From Phoronis australis (Eukaryota > Animalia > Phoronida), in contig NMRA01000048.1 of NCBI GenBank assembly GCA_002633005.1, positions 812,416 through 876,415 on the forward strand: a stretch of DNA of 64,000 bases, in the 5' to 3' direction. The notes beneath the pieces were generated by a model. That model was not told the DNA's origin and did no database searches. It saw nothing but the letters and a program-made list of their open reading frames with translations. Below are positions 13,297 through 26,200 of the stretch, piece by piece. Both the position numbers and the translations under genes were made by a program. Position 1 is the first letter of the stretch; each line of letters begins with the position of its first letter.

Positions 13297-13914
13297 GTCA
13301 GTAGCAGTGTGCATGGAGGCAACTAACTCTTGATCAAATTTTGAATTTTCTTGAAAAGTGGGGTCAAGTTGATGAAGACAAGAAAAAATTCTTTTATTCT
13401 CTAATATTTTGCAACATTGGCTACTTTCTGCATGTCATATAAACAGTCCATTGCACAGCAAAGGTACATCATGCAGCATTATGATGGCAAAGAATTAAAA
13501 TGAAAACGCTGTATAATTCCAATGCAGTTTTACAAACAAAATTCATATACGTAAAGTGTTAACTGTAGGTAGTGCTGTACATTTGTTCAACAAAAATTCT
13601 TTGAATATTGCCATCCATCAATGACGCTTATTGCAATGAGTTGCTGATGTATAGGAAATAGGCTATTACAGACTTATGGTCTCTTCTGAAACTTGTGAGA
13701 AAGAGGTGAAATTTTTACCACCTGATTCTCTTGTGATGAGCATTGCTCCTCTTTGAGGATTTACACAATTTTTTACATCATTTGCTTACAACTTTCATGT
13801 CTTCAAAACTACAATCATGATCCATAATTTGTTCTAATGTTTAAAAGTTTAATATACATTATTTTACTGATTGATGCATCATTTATCAAATAATTTTGTT
13901 ATCTCGATTTTCAG

Positions 13915-14054
13915 AAGAAATCGAGAACATGATGCGGGGACTTGGATTTGACATGGAGGTTATCCTACAGCGACGGACAGGACCTGAAAGATTGTCAATT
14001 CTCAAATTTGTCAAAATACCGAGTGAAGAAGATGACCTGAACAACAACGCTTAG
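13915..14054 (+). CDS. N6AMT1: N6AMT1 terminal coding exon
   Basis: After tttcag| it encodes EEIENMMRGLGFDMEVILQRRTGPERLSILKFVKIPSEEDDLNNNA*, with TAG at 14052-14054. Confidence 0.92.
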
Positions 14055-17000
14055 TTACAAGTGTGGAACACAGCGATAACGCCCCCTTGCTTTAGCCTTC
14101 AGAGTGCATGTTTCTAATATAGTGTACCGTGATGCTGGATAATGTCTAAATATGGAAGAGAAAGTATTTTTGGATAGAGGGAGCTGGTGTGCATTTTCTC
14201 TCTGAGAATGCTTGTGGTGGTACTTAAGCTCTGGTTTCTATTGGTGTTAGTATTTAAGAATGCCGTGATGACTGAACACATTAGACTGAGGCCATGTGCT
14301 GCCATCTAGTTGTACCTGCTTTTGGGCATAGCAAGTTGCTCATATTTGCAGTTGGGGTAGGAGAACACTTCTGACTTTGTGAAAAGACTCTTAATGTATA
14401 TAGGGCATTACCTAAAGCATGTGCCTCTTTGTCAGCAAGAGTCACCAGTCATATGTGGTCAGTCTGATTGCTTTGTAAAAGTTTATTAAACTTAAAGTTT
14501 TAGATTTTAGAGAAAGGCAACACTGTATTGTCTCATTTTGTTACATCAAGATCACTTAAGAAGAAGATTTTTGGGAAAGTTGTGATGCAGTTTATGTCAT
14601 TGGGATTATTTTTTAATAATGTGGAGTTCATCTTTGAAAAAATGCTTTTCCTCGAGGTTAGTCTTGATGTGTGTGTGTAAGGCAGTGTGAAGATATAGTT
14701 GCACTCTTTATCTAGTCGTTTGCATCACCCTTTGTAGGCCACCAAGGGGGCTTAACTGTGTACGTGTATAGATCTGTCTTTGTTAATATTATAAACTCAG
14801 GGAAATCCATAATTATTGGCCATTGTTATGAAGAAGTCGAAATGAAACTACAAAAATTGTTGGGAAGACTTTTGCGTTCAGATGAATTGCTTATTATGCA
14901 GAATCAATTCTCTTAATAAAAAGTACAATGATGAAGGGTGTTGCATTTTACTAGGGAGGAATTTTAAATGTTCCTCACTATTAAAGGGCAATCTTATCAT
15001 AGGATAATTTGTTCACGAATTGATGCTGCAGTTTAAATTAGTAGTACATTTCATGGGTCATGACATAACCTTAAGTTTGCCTATCTGTTAACCACTTAGT
15101 AACAAGTTATTCATACTGTGAAAAATGGTTCTCAGATTTGCAACCCAGAATAAACTGTTACAAAATCATGTGGAAAATTAACATTTTGCAAAAAGTTAAT
15201 AACAGAAACTGGTTTGTCTGGTTCCTAACTGCATTTTTATATTAGGTTTCTTCTCATTTGCCCAGACCTTCATTTCAACTGGCCACTGTGAATGAACACT
15301 GTGTACAGTCATAAACTTGTTATAACCATTGCTCAACTTGCATGGTTCAATGCACTGAATACGCCATTTAAGGCTTGATCATTCTTCTTTCACCTCTTGT
15401 GTAAAATCGTGGTTTAGTTTGAAGAGTTTATCAAAATTGGCTCCATAAGTGTAAAAAGTAACAAACTTTGTATAGTTAAACCCAGTATGACAGCTCACTG
15501 TATTGGAATAGTCTTTGTTTGTATTTCAGTTGCTTTAGGTGTTCTCTTACTCAGGAAAGCACATTAGGAATGCAAACTAAACGTTGTATGTCTCAAAAAA
15601 TCTTGAATGGCATTGCTCAACTCTTCAGAATGGTTCTATTGTACTCTTGAAACTTGCTGTGAAGTAAACTGCAGAAGTATATCAATTCAGTTTTTCATTG
15701 TTATGTATGGTAAGTGTAATATAAAATATTAAGAGTTTACATAATCGTAGACACCCTGTGGAAATACATGTATTGTAAAGGATGATGAAAGCGCTGAAGC
15801 TGTGCTGACTTGAGCTACAGTGATGTCATTCTCTTTTATGGGTCATTAGTCAGTAGCAAAAAATTCAGCTTCATAGCATGGCATTCTTGAGGCTTTTCTT
15901 GTAATACTAAAGGTTTTTGAATGTCGTTGGTATTAGAGGCTTTATTGCCTATTCGGATTTTACAAAATGGTTTAGAAATATGTACTATGCCAGGTAAATT
16001 GGAATTCAGGTAAAATATTCACATGTTGCCTGTTTATTATTGTGACTAGCTACTGTTCCTGATTCATTGATGCAAAACAACATTTGAATGATGCCCTTAC
16101 GAGACTGCTTTTGCTCGTCATAAGGTCAAAGGATGTGATTTTCATAATACAAATGTGTACCCACATAACGATCACATGATGATATGTATCTCCATTTTTC
16201 GTTGGTAGACATGTGGAACTATGAGATATGTGCCATACCGAACATCAATTGAAAGCTTGTAATTTGTGTATGCATTTTGTTTTACCATGTAGCTGTTTAA
16301 AGTACATGTTAAAGTATTGTGACAAAATGACGTAGAGTTTCTCGTCATGATGTCTGGGTGAGAGATGAGTTGATCATCAGAGTAGTCATCCCTGCTGACG
16401 CAGAATCAAGGAAAATAAATTGGAAGTTTAGCAAGGCGGCCTAGCCATTGTATAATTATTCTTTTGGTGTCGTCGTGGTAACTACCAGTAAATTTACCTG
16501 AATTAGCTGTCATGAGGGGAAACAGTTTTTTGTCTCATTACTTTTGTCTTGTACTGTAACACCCAATTTTGTTTGATGCAAATCTCAAAATTTTGCTCAC
16601 TGCAAAATCCCTGAAGCTTGATTGTTAACGGCATATAGAGTTTTGTGTTCTGGTTTTATTACAGTTGTGAAATGGCAATTTTTAAATGTTATTTATTCCA
16701 AGGGAACTGTTTCAGTTAGTAGCAGTTGATTCTTGTTGTTGAGTAATGTTATGGTAGGTAATTATACTTATTATTATGACTGTACCACATGTAATATTAT
16801 CCTAGCCTTTAAATATGCCAATGTGTCATTGTGGAGAATCGTGTAACAAGAAAATTCAGCAAATGATTACAAATCAGTAAGTATACTGTGGGTCATCCAG
16901 GAAGTTCTGTTTTTAAAAGGCTACTTCTCTCACTTCTTGAGCAGTCTAAAACTGATATGAAAATCTCCAAAGAGGCTGGTTTTAAACTCCTAACACTCGC

Positions 17001-20000
17001 TCCGGGTGGTTGGATAATCTGAGCACATGTCAAAATTCCGAAATTATGATCAGCGCATCTCATTAATTCAAAAAAGTGGTTTGACTGCTAGTTCAGACGT
17101 AACTATCAATTTTATTAATTACCCACAAAGCATGGGTGGATATTAGCTAATCAAATCAGTGTTATTTGTAGTTGTTGAAGTCCCTCGGGGTGCATAATAA
17201 TGATTTTATTTTCGGCATGGTAACTACTTGGTTTTTACCGTCAGCAAGGATTAATAGGTCCTTAACTGTTGTTCATGTGGAGACCTACTTTTGGATTGGG
17301 CAATCTTTACGAAGTGGTGGTTTTCTGATATTCTTCTTTGCCCATGGACACCCTGAATATTCTGTCATAGAAATCACTTTTTATGGTTTGAAATGTGTGG
17401 TTGATTAACCTGGTTTATAGTTTTGCATTTTATGTGACAGACAATAAGGAGATGTCCTTGTAAGCGATGCAGTCTCTTCTCTGACTTAACCGTGGTTGTA
17501 TGACTATTGACATGAAGTTTTAGTGAGAGTTGGAAGTTGTGGTTTAGCGCATAATATGAAATTTGTAATATAGTATAGGTACAGTAGGCACCATAAGTAT
17601 TCAGACAAAATGACCATCATTTCACTGGACACAAGTCAAAGTCATCGTTAGAACTGTTTTCCCTCATGACCAAGAATGAGGGGAATTAACAGGAAGTTGT
17701 CTAAGCCATGCTGCGATAGTTTTGTCGTTCTAATACTTATTTCCAGTCATTTTTTTCTGTTAACCGAATTAGCCAATATGATGGAGAAACAGTATTTTGT
17801 CTGGTTACTTTTGTCATGCACTGTATCATCAGGCGCAAATCCAAAATCCTCTGAGGGGGTCTGGCAATGGACAGATATAGGGGACACTTCCTGTACTGCA
17901 AACAGTGTAAAAGTACCGCGCCAGACAACCTCTGCCAGTGTGTTCATGGGGTATGATTTGTTTCTTCACCCTGAGAACGTTACCTGATTTCCCAGGGTGT
18001 AATTTTCAATGGTGTTTACAGGTTTACTTCTGTTAACTTTTGTCTTGTTTTAAGTGTTGCTGAATGTAACTCAGTAAGCATGGTCGTCGTTTGCGTCGCT
18101 TAAAGTGGCTCCGCGTTCGTAAGCGAACTTCAGATTTAGACATCTTACTGTCATAGAATTGATCTCAACGCTCCTTAGTTAGACTGAGAACTGATTTCTG
18201 AGTTTTCGGAAAAGAAGCGGACAGCAGAGGCAATGCTCCGCCCATCATAAATGACACGCAAACTTGAAGAGCCTGGTCTCGAGCAATAATGAACTGATAG
18301 TTCGCTCGAAACCCGGAATTCACCTCCAATTTGACTAAGGAATAATTTGATTTGAATTTCATAGCGGTAACTCGTCTTACTCAAAAGTTGTATTTTGTAT
18401 AGGATGGCAGATTTATAGACGCTTTATTGGTGATCGTGCTTATCACCAGACGGCAGCACTGTACTCGTCGTGTTGAGCTATGAGCTTCACTGAGAGGGAC
18501 GATCTGTCTATGAGTGGCTGTCATATGAGTGTTTATTTTCTTGAATTTTATTTAATGGCGTTGTAAATAGTGTATGTATATGGTTGAATGCCGCTTGGTT
18601 GTATTTGTTGGGCATGCGCTAAATAGTACAAACGTGTGTACGCTAACATGGAGTAATGAATATATTTATAAAATTAAACCAAATGAACGTTTCTTTGCCT
18701 ATTTAGATTGCTCTGATGAAAAAAATATGGGTTGTATGATGGCATGACCCTTGTTGCCCACGAATCATTATTGCTGTCTTCACATTACATAATTGTGGTT
18801 TCTCATACTTTTGAGTGGACTTAGATCAAATTTGACTCGTACTTGTACGTAAACGTTCTTCTAGATATAGCATTTTATTTTGGCAGTAGTTTGGATATGA
18901 AGTTCGAAATTTAGCGGTGACAGGAGCTTCGTTTTTGAGAGCAACTGGACATGGTTTACAGCCACTTTGTTTTCCGAGTTTGGAACATAGAACGGTTCTC
19001 GGCAACCCCATCATCGTCTTTCAATTACGAACATATCGTGAGCAACACCTTGCCTTCTTTAAGTTATCTCTGTTCATTCAACTGTGACGGACGTTTTTGG
19101 TGCACCGCTAGAAATTCTGATTTTCAATTAATATATTTTACCACGAATGTGGAATAGCCTTTTGTTGTTTTAAGGGTTTGTGTAGCTGCTTAAGACCGAA
19201 TACAGCTTCTGGTTTCTTTAAACCTTAATGTAAGCATTTGAAATGTTTATGACAAAAACCTGTGGTTATTGGGAGTTTGAAGTTTGCAAATAGTTTGTCA
19301 TTAAATAGGATTGTTTTGGGACAGCGTTTTGTTTTCTGTCGATGATTATAGGGTGGAACATTTCTCAAAAATTGTTCATTTGTATTTGCGGCAAATCACG
19401 ATTATTATTTTCCTGCTGCGCAAGCGGGGGAGAATGTGTGTTGTTTTGGGAATTGCGATGACGTCAGTGGCGACCGGTGGGATAGAGTAGGAACACGACA
19501 CACGGATTTTAGGGGATATAGTGGGAAATGGCCGACGGGGGTGGGTCGGGGGTACAATCAGTGAATCCTGCGAGTTAAAGAATGCAGAGGTAATGGAAGT
19601 GCTCTGTTCTTAGGCTGGATATCTTCTGTACTTTCGTTATAAAAATTCTTAATGTCTGACATTAAGATGTCTTTTTTAAATTACCCGTGATCATTATTTG
19701 CAACATAGGTACATTAATTTACGGTGTTCAGAATAGTGGAAATGTTTTGTTAAAGAAAAAGCCATCTGAAATGAAAAGTGTAAATTTTCCATAATTTTGA
19801 TAATGCCACGTTTCAGCGTCTCAAATGGAAGTAGTGTTTGTCTCGTTTTTCTTGTCCTGAAATGCAACACGTGTTTTTGCAATCTTTCAGTTCTGCAAAC
19901 AAGGATACTGCATGTCTTCACTATCCATTACGACAAATGTGAAAAACAGTACAAATAAGTGTCCATTTACTTGAATGGTTTGTAAACAATTTTAATTAAT

Positions 20001-20242
20001 TCTTGCAAAATTTCCCTGTTGCTAAGGAACCCCGTTGCCCCACTCCCATAAAGATATATAAACACATTAATAAGATCATCCGTTACACAGCTAAGAGCCA
20101 ATGACTTTGTCTCCGTTTATTAGAACAGCTTTTGGAAATATCCTGAGCTTCTTCAATGCTTGTCATTCAATCATTTTGATAAGATCTCCATGACAGCAAG
20201 TAGCAGCATATGTTGCTAAAAACAACGACGGATTTAAACCGG

Positions 20243-20285
20243 CTCGACATGTTTCGGCGTTTATTAAAACGCCATCCTCAAAAGG
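20243..20285 (-). ncRNA. Minimal type I hammerhead ribozyme motif (C3 mutated to U)
   Basis: Reverse strand reads TTGAGGA-T-GGCGTTT-TAAT-AAACGCC-GAAAC-AT-GTC, with a perfect 7-bp stem II. Confidence 0.7.
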
Positions 20286-21129
20286 AAAAACATTGACCAT
20301 CGGCCCAACAACAAGTAATGATACACAGACACGGTCAGTTACAGTGGAGTAACAATGGACTAGACTAACAATGACAACCTGTCGTGTGCCAGCACTAATA
20401 TTGATGTGTTGAGCCTCACGAATTTTTAGCTCCTTTGTTGTTTCTGCTTGGTCTATTATAGCAAAATCATTGAAATCGCATTGCTCATAACCACTGGAGC
20501 TCTGCAGATGAATATTAATATTTGGACTTCTGTCAAAATTTAGATGTTCCCTGGCCCGGGTTTTCAAATGGCGAACAGTTTCGCCTATATAACTGGAGCC
20601 ACATCCATAACAGATAAATATGTACACTACATGTACCTTGAACCGTTGGCAATTTTGTGCTTAGGGTTAAATAAATTCGACAGTTTTAGGGACTTGAATG
20701 TTAATACAACTCTTAAGTTAACACAGTAATAATTCACCAATTTGTTTAGTTTTCGTTGAGCAATCTTCTTTTGGCGTAAAAACCAACATAGGTTATTTTA
20801 AAATAATTGTAGTTAGTTTCGTCTACAGAATGAATATCATCAGGGTTACGTTGCAGTCTTGCTTTCAGTACCCTACAGACTAGTTCAAGGGGATAACCAT
20901 TCTTTTGCAAATTTGATGTAAAATCTTTAATGTTGGAATCAAATCTAACTGTGCTGTTAATGGGATATACCCTGTCTATTACAGTTTTAATGAGATTCAC
21001 TTTATAAACAAAGGATGTGAAGCTATGAAAACATTGGCGTACACTCCGGTGTAGGTCTTCTTGTGAAACACTTATGTTACAACTGACGTTCAACTAACGC
21101 GTCCAACCTCTAATTCTACACTGTTTTTC

Positions 21130-21171
21130 CTTCTGAGGATGGTGTTTTAATAAACTCCGAAACATGTCAAG
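21130..21171 (+). ncRNA. Minimal type I hammerhead ribozyme motif
   Basis: Reads ctt-CTGAGGA-T-GGTGTTT-TAAT-AAACTCC-GAAAC-AT-GTC-aag: intact CUGANGA/GAAA core and palindromic ACATGT stem III. Confidence 0.75.
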
Positions 21172-23035
21172 CCGATTTAAATCAGTCGTTTCTATTAACA
21201 TTTTGATGAGAGTTTGCAGGCGAAGAAATGAGGAGTTAGCAGTCAGAAAACCGGAATCGTGAGACCATGACGCCAATAGGGAATCTCTTATCGTGTGGAA
21301 ATCGTTATCTTGGGTTTTTCATGGAGGTACGTTGGAATTTTTGCTTTTACACGGAGCGAGATTTGTCGTCTCAAATTTCAATTATTCTAGTTTGAATACG
21401 ATAATTTTGAGTTGACTTATAATTTTCGCTGTTTTGTTTCAGAGTGGGAGCAATGCTACGATAGTTATATAATGGATTGATACTTCACTTAAGTTCTAAA
21501 AACTTATTCAGCGGAAAATACATAGAAATTTTGAACCTATTTTGCATCATCCACAATTTAATATCAATGTATATTTCCGTTCCTTCGTGAGTACTATTGC
21601 TGTTGATTTACTCTGCAGACTTCGTAACAACCGAAGGACCGATCTTATGTGGCGTAACATGTTTTTCTCTGCGAGCGACCCATCCACTGTGTATACCAAG
21701 GTCAACTATCAAAGCTGCATGTCTCGGCAAAGTCATGTTGGAGATTAGTTGACGGTAGTCACAAGTATTCAATTTTAAATTTGCATTTATCACAAAACCC
21801 TTCAACTAAACAAAGAACTTATCTTGTGGTAGAACAGTCTCTAATACTGAAGTGTTATTTATCAACTATCATGTCATTCTTTGTGAATAAAATTTTATCT
21901 GCGTTCAGGAAGCCATTTGATTAGTGGCGTGTAATATTTGACGTTCACGGCTTTCAGTCGTCCCAGAAAATTTCGTGGATGTTCTACACGTATGTGTTCG
22001 GTATTTATTTTGCGATACTTCAAGATGAGTATGTCTACAATTCCTTGGGGTTTTTAATTCCTGGTTGCATAATTAATTTTCCATCTGAATTCACTAAGTT
22101 AGAAACCAAAGAATAACAAGTGTCCCATTTGAAATTTGTTTTTTACATTCCCTGAAGATCCTGTTTCTTTCAAAATACTGAATATTTAGATTCTAAAACC
22201 TGTCTTTGCATCTGGTGTTTGCCACCATGACTACAAATGCAAACTGGTGCGGACATGTATACATCAAAGCATCTTTTGCAACGTTTCACAAATATCACCT
22301 TGTTAGTTCTGATTGAACAGTGTTCCAAGAGGTTGGCAAAATAATTTTTTGTATCACTACTTGGCGGTAACTGTAATCAGTTTGTAACTCGAGCACCCGC
22401 GGAAGTGCGTGTTGGAATTCTTGTTTTGTTTTTTTTCAGGTGGATTCTTGGATGCATTTGTGGAAACCATAGGTCTTTAAGTGTATATTTTGACTTATGT
22501 TGGCCCAATTTCTGAGACCCATTATCAACCAACACAACACTTTTTATAGGTGAATAATGTGTACATTTCTCTACTACAGACTAGAAGGCATGTGGTCTAC
22601 TTTGTATAATGAAGACCAGAGGTTGATCTTGTTAGGTAGATGTCAGCTATTTGCTAAGTTGTCTGGCATTTACGAATTTAGCCAAATTAACTTCACCAAG
22701 TCAATATGTAGACTTCATTGAAAGGCTCGAGGTTGCATTTTAGTTCTGAGAAAGGCCCTATTGTACTCCAGTGCTTAGGACGACTTCTGACTACTTATTA
22801 TTAAAAGGGTGGAGTTTGTGTGAATTGCACGTGCTTTCCAATAATATAATTTGCAGTGTCGACTAACGAAACCTTGCTCGCGAGCAGACGGATGTCAGTG
22901 TGCGAAATTGGTGACGACCAAGGTCGGGAGCAATAACTGTGTCGAATCTGACCGGAGGACTGGGGGTGATGACAGTGGTGGCGATCGGGGACACCGGCAT
23001 TTGAGGAAGTTGCTCCCCCTGGTATTTTCTCATGT

Positions 23036-23237
23036 ACCGCAATTCTGGCCTTACCACTACAATTCTTTTCTCATTAACCGCACATGTCCCCAGAAGTAGT
23101 GTAAAGACAGATTCGACAGATTGTGCTTTGTGCACGCAAGTACCGGTATTACATAGTGTCAAGCACGGGCGACGTGACGTGAAAAGAAATGTGGTTAATG
23201 AGAAAAGAACTGTGTCATAAGAAAGGAATTGCGGTGA
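23036..23237. repeat. Imperfect inverted repeat (~50-bp arms), MITE-like
   Basis: ACCGCAATTC...TTCTTTTCTCATTAACC pairs with GGTTAATGAGAAAAGAA...GAATTGCGGT. Confidence 0.7.
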
Positions 23238-26200
23238 ACGGTAAAATACATGTCGTAAGACAGTAACGTTAACGAGATAAATACTCTGTTAATGAGACCG
23301 CCCGTAAAGCCTAGGTCGTGAGGGAGGGAGGTTGTCTGTCCTGAAAGACCAGCCTTAGAGTATTCACAAGGCCCAAAAGTAACGAGCAGTTACGTGACAC
23401 GTCGCTCGAAGAAGAATCATTGAGCTGGTATCAAGTACTTTGCGACATTCATCAAATTCTAGCCACAGTTTCGCCTGCTTTTCACAGTCAGAGCTCGACA
23501 TTCTGTCACTGAGTTCAAGTACCGGCCCAGAGCGGCAAAAAGTACCCAATAGAAATGTTAACAAAGCTAATTATGCGACTATCCCGCTAAGCTCTAACAT
23601 AAATCTGTGCTTCAAACACCTAATTGCCAAGATTTTTTTATTTTTTACACCCTCGCAACAGTTACTACCTAATGCCGGCATACGGCGCCAGATGGAACAT
23701 TCCGTTGTAACTCCTTTTATTCCACAGTTTCAAATGTTAGCGTGGTTTGTCGATTGTTCTTGAGAGGGTCGTAAGACCTGGCCTCCAACTACAGATATGC
23801 CACACTTGTGGATTACCCAATGTCCCATGGGGTCTGTAGCACCCAGTGTTAGACCCCTTGTTCGGAATCTTGGATTGGCACTTTCAGAAGTCTCACAATG
23901 TATCCAGAATACCTTGTATCGGAGCACTGTCTTTATTTTGCCAATTAATGGCTAAATAGTCTCGTTAAATAATCAATATATGCCACGTTAAGTGTTAATT
24001 AAACTCCCGTTTAAATATGTATCAAGTTTATGTGACACTCAGCATGTTGCTGACATTCTGATTAGCTCAGTATTTGCCAGAAGACAACTGAGTACAATAC
24101 GTATGGCCGACAGAATATACGTCTAGACTAGTGCATGTAAACAAAATGTCCACATCCATTATACTTTTTTGAAATCATAGATGGCACTGAATGAGCACTG
24201 ATTAATTATAAAAAACAAGATTATGAATCTACATATATATAACGAAAAATATTAATTCTCTACTCTTATTATTTTTTGTTTATTCCTTTACCAATTTATT
24301 CCTTGCTATTGGTTATGTCCTGCAATTTATTTAATTCATCTATTCATATCTATTGGCATTTCACGTGAGGACCATAGTGTGACTGAGTTGATAGACTTTT
24401 TACAGTTTCACCAGTGCTTTATTTACCTTAAATTTCATATCAGATTTGACAAATAAATCTATTCATATGTATATGTCATATAAGATTTGCCACACATAAA
24501 TCATTTATCTGTCAATCTATGACAAATAAATGGTCTGCTTTTACATTTATCGCCATTGTTTTTTATCTCTCCTCCTTATTTAAAACTTCCAGTTATTTTA
24601 AAGATTTTCATTAAACAGTTGATGAATATATTTGAAATCCTGTTCACAAACTAACACTATAACTGAACTAGGAACTAATATCAGAAGGATAGTTCCTACA
24701 TGTGAAAGATAGAACATAGTTATTTCTTGTCACCATATTAAGATGTCTACTGCCTATAGCATCAGTCTGTGTCACCTTTGTTATGATCAGGCATGAGCAA
24801 CGTAATTTTCCGCTAAATGTCATTTGTCATTGTCTCATTATAAAAATCAGGTAAGCAAATAAACGCACCTATATCTTTTTTGGCATTCCGAAAACACAGT
24901 CTAGTGTACTTGTTGACAAAGCAAAATCCCATTTCATGCATTTCGTCAGTACAAGCATTGTGTCACGGTTCCTGATTATCACACCTGTGACAGATGACCC
25001 ATTATGTTACCTGCTCCCAAATCACCATGATTAGAACTAATCAGGGGATAGTTCACCTCTCCTTCCATTCACTACCCTTTGTTTGACCCTTTGTCAATAG
25101 CCCCTGGTGGCTACGGATTTCAAGTGGTTTGTTGCTCCATAAACCCGTGTATTTGCTCTCACCTTGAGTTTAAACTAACCATAGGTAGAATGGGACTGGA
25201 ACGTGACGCACGCAAACACAAATTAACTTTACATGCCAGCACCCCCGCGCGAATTTATAATCAATGAATCCTGAAAGCGCAATCGCATTGCCCATGCAAT
25301 AAGAAGTGTTTTGATATTTCTCAAACAGAAAAATCAATCGGCCGTGCCACATGACAACCCGCCACCCCCTTGTCAAAAATGTACTCGGCCGTGCCAATGG
25401 TACTTGAGTTGCAGTGAGAGTTCTTCACCGCACTGGCACTATAATTTCGTGCAATGGTGGAATGGGGGCCAGTTGTTGGTGTGGCTTTGACGGACGGCTG
25501 GGAGTAGACTTGACAAGAAAATTAGAATCATTTGCCAGGTTGAAGAGGCGAGACTGACACGAGTTTGGCTGTTGTAACAGGTGTTGCTATTAATTCTCTC
25601 TGCTCTTTATTAATTTCTCATAAGACTGAAGAGAGCAGATGCCTCTGTAATTTAGCAAGGTGCGGGTTTTTTCCCAGTTTGCGACACTTCTCACTATACG
25701 AATTGAAGTGTTGTGGATGTAGGCTTGTGTTGTATGATTGTGACTTGTCGTATAATTGAAGTGTTGTGGATGTAGGTTTGTGTTGTATGATTGTGTCTTG
25801 TCGTATAATCGCCGAGATTAGTTTTAATGCACTGTCTTATCGAAAGAAACTTTTATTGTTTTGTCATAGCTAGTGTTATAGATTTTGCCGGTTTGGCCGA
25901 TTGTGTGATTGTACCTAATGACCCCTACTGCTCTGACAATGGATCTTATCAGTTGAGAAACAATTTTGCAAACTGATCGTGATAACAATTCTTGCTGATG
26001 TGTGACTTCACATTGCAGATACTTACTCGTTTGGAGGTCGGAATGCTGTAAGAACATTATGACTTGAAGACGAGGGTAAGTTGAAGTTGCATTTTTTTAC
26101 TAATCCTTGTGTAACACTTTCCTTGACTCAGTTTTATGTTGTATCACTGATATCATAATTACCTTGTTTCTTGAAGAGAACTGGTGCAGAATGGGATCTC

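Larger units (their letters stand above)
20225..21190 (-). mobile_element. Degenerate Penelope-like retroelement fragment (RT C-terminus plus GIY-YIG endonuclease) with inverted pseudo-LTR pieces
   Basis: ORF 20163..20627 contains MYIFICYGCGSSYIGETVRHLKTRAREH...ELKIREAQHI (GIY-YIG). ORF 20746..21093 contains YKVNLIKTVIDR...LQKNGYP. 20231-20280 and 21134-21183 are inverted copies of each other. Confidence 0.88.

Noticed and set aside
17676-17987. 103-aa ORF with a signal-peptide-like segment (MMEKQYFVWLLLSCTVSS)
   Set aside because: No recognisable domain or splice support, and its length is within chance expectation; it cannot be supported without expression data.
25540-26076. Candidate 5' UTR exons of the sulfotransferase-like gene (donor-like sites near 25660 and 26076)
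   Set aside because: Plausible, but supported only by splice-like motifs; transcript data are needed.
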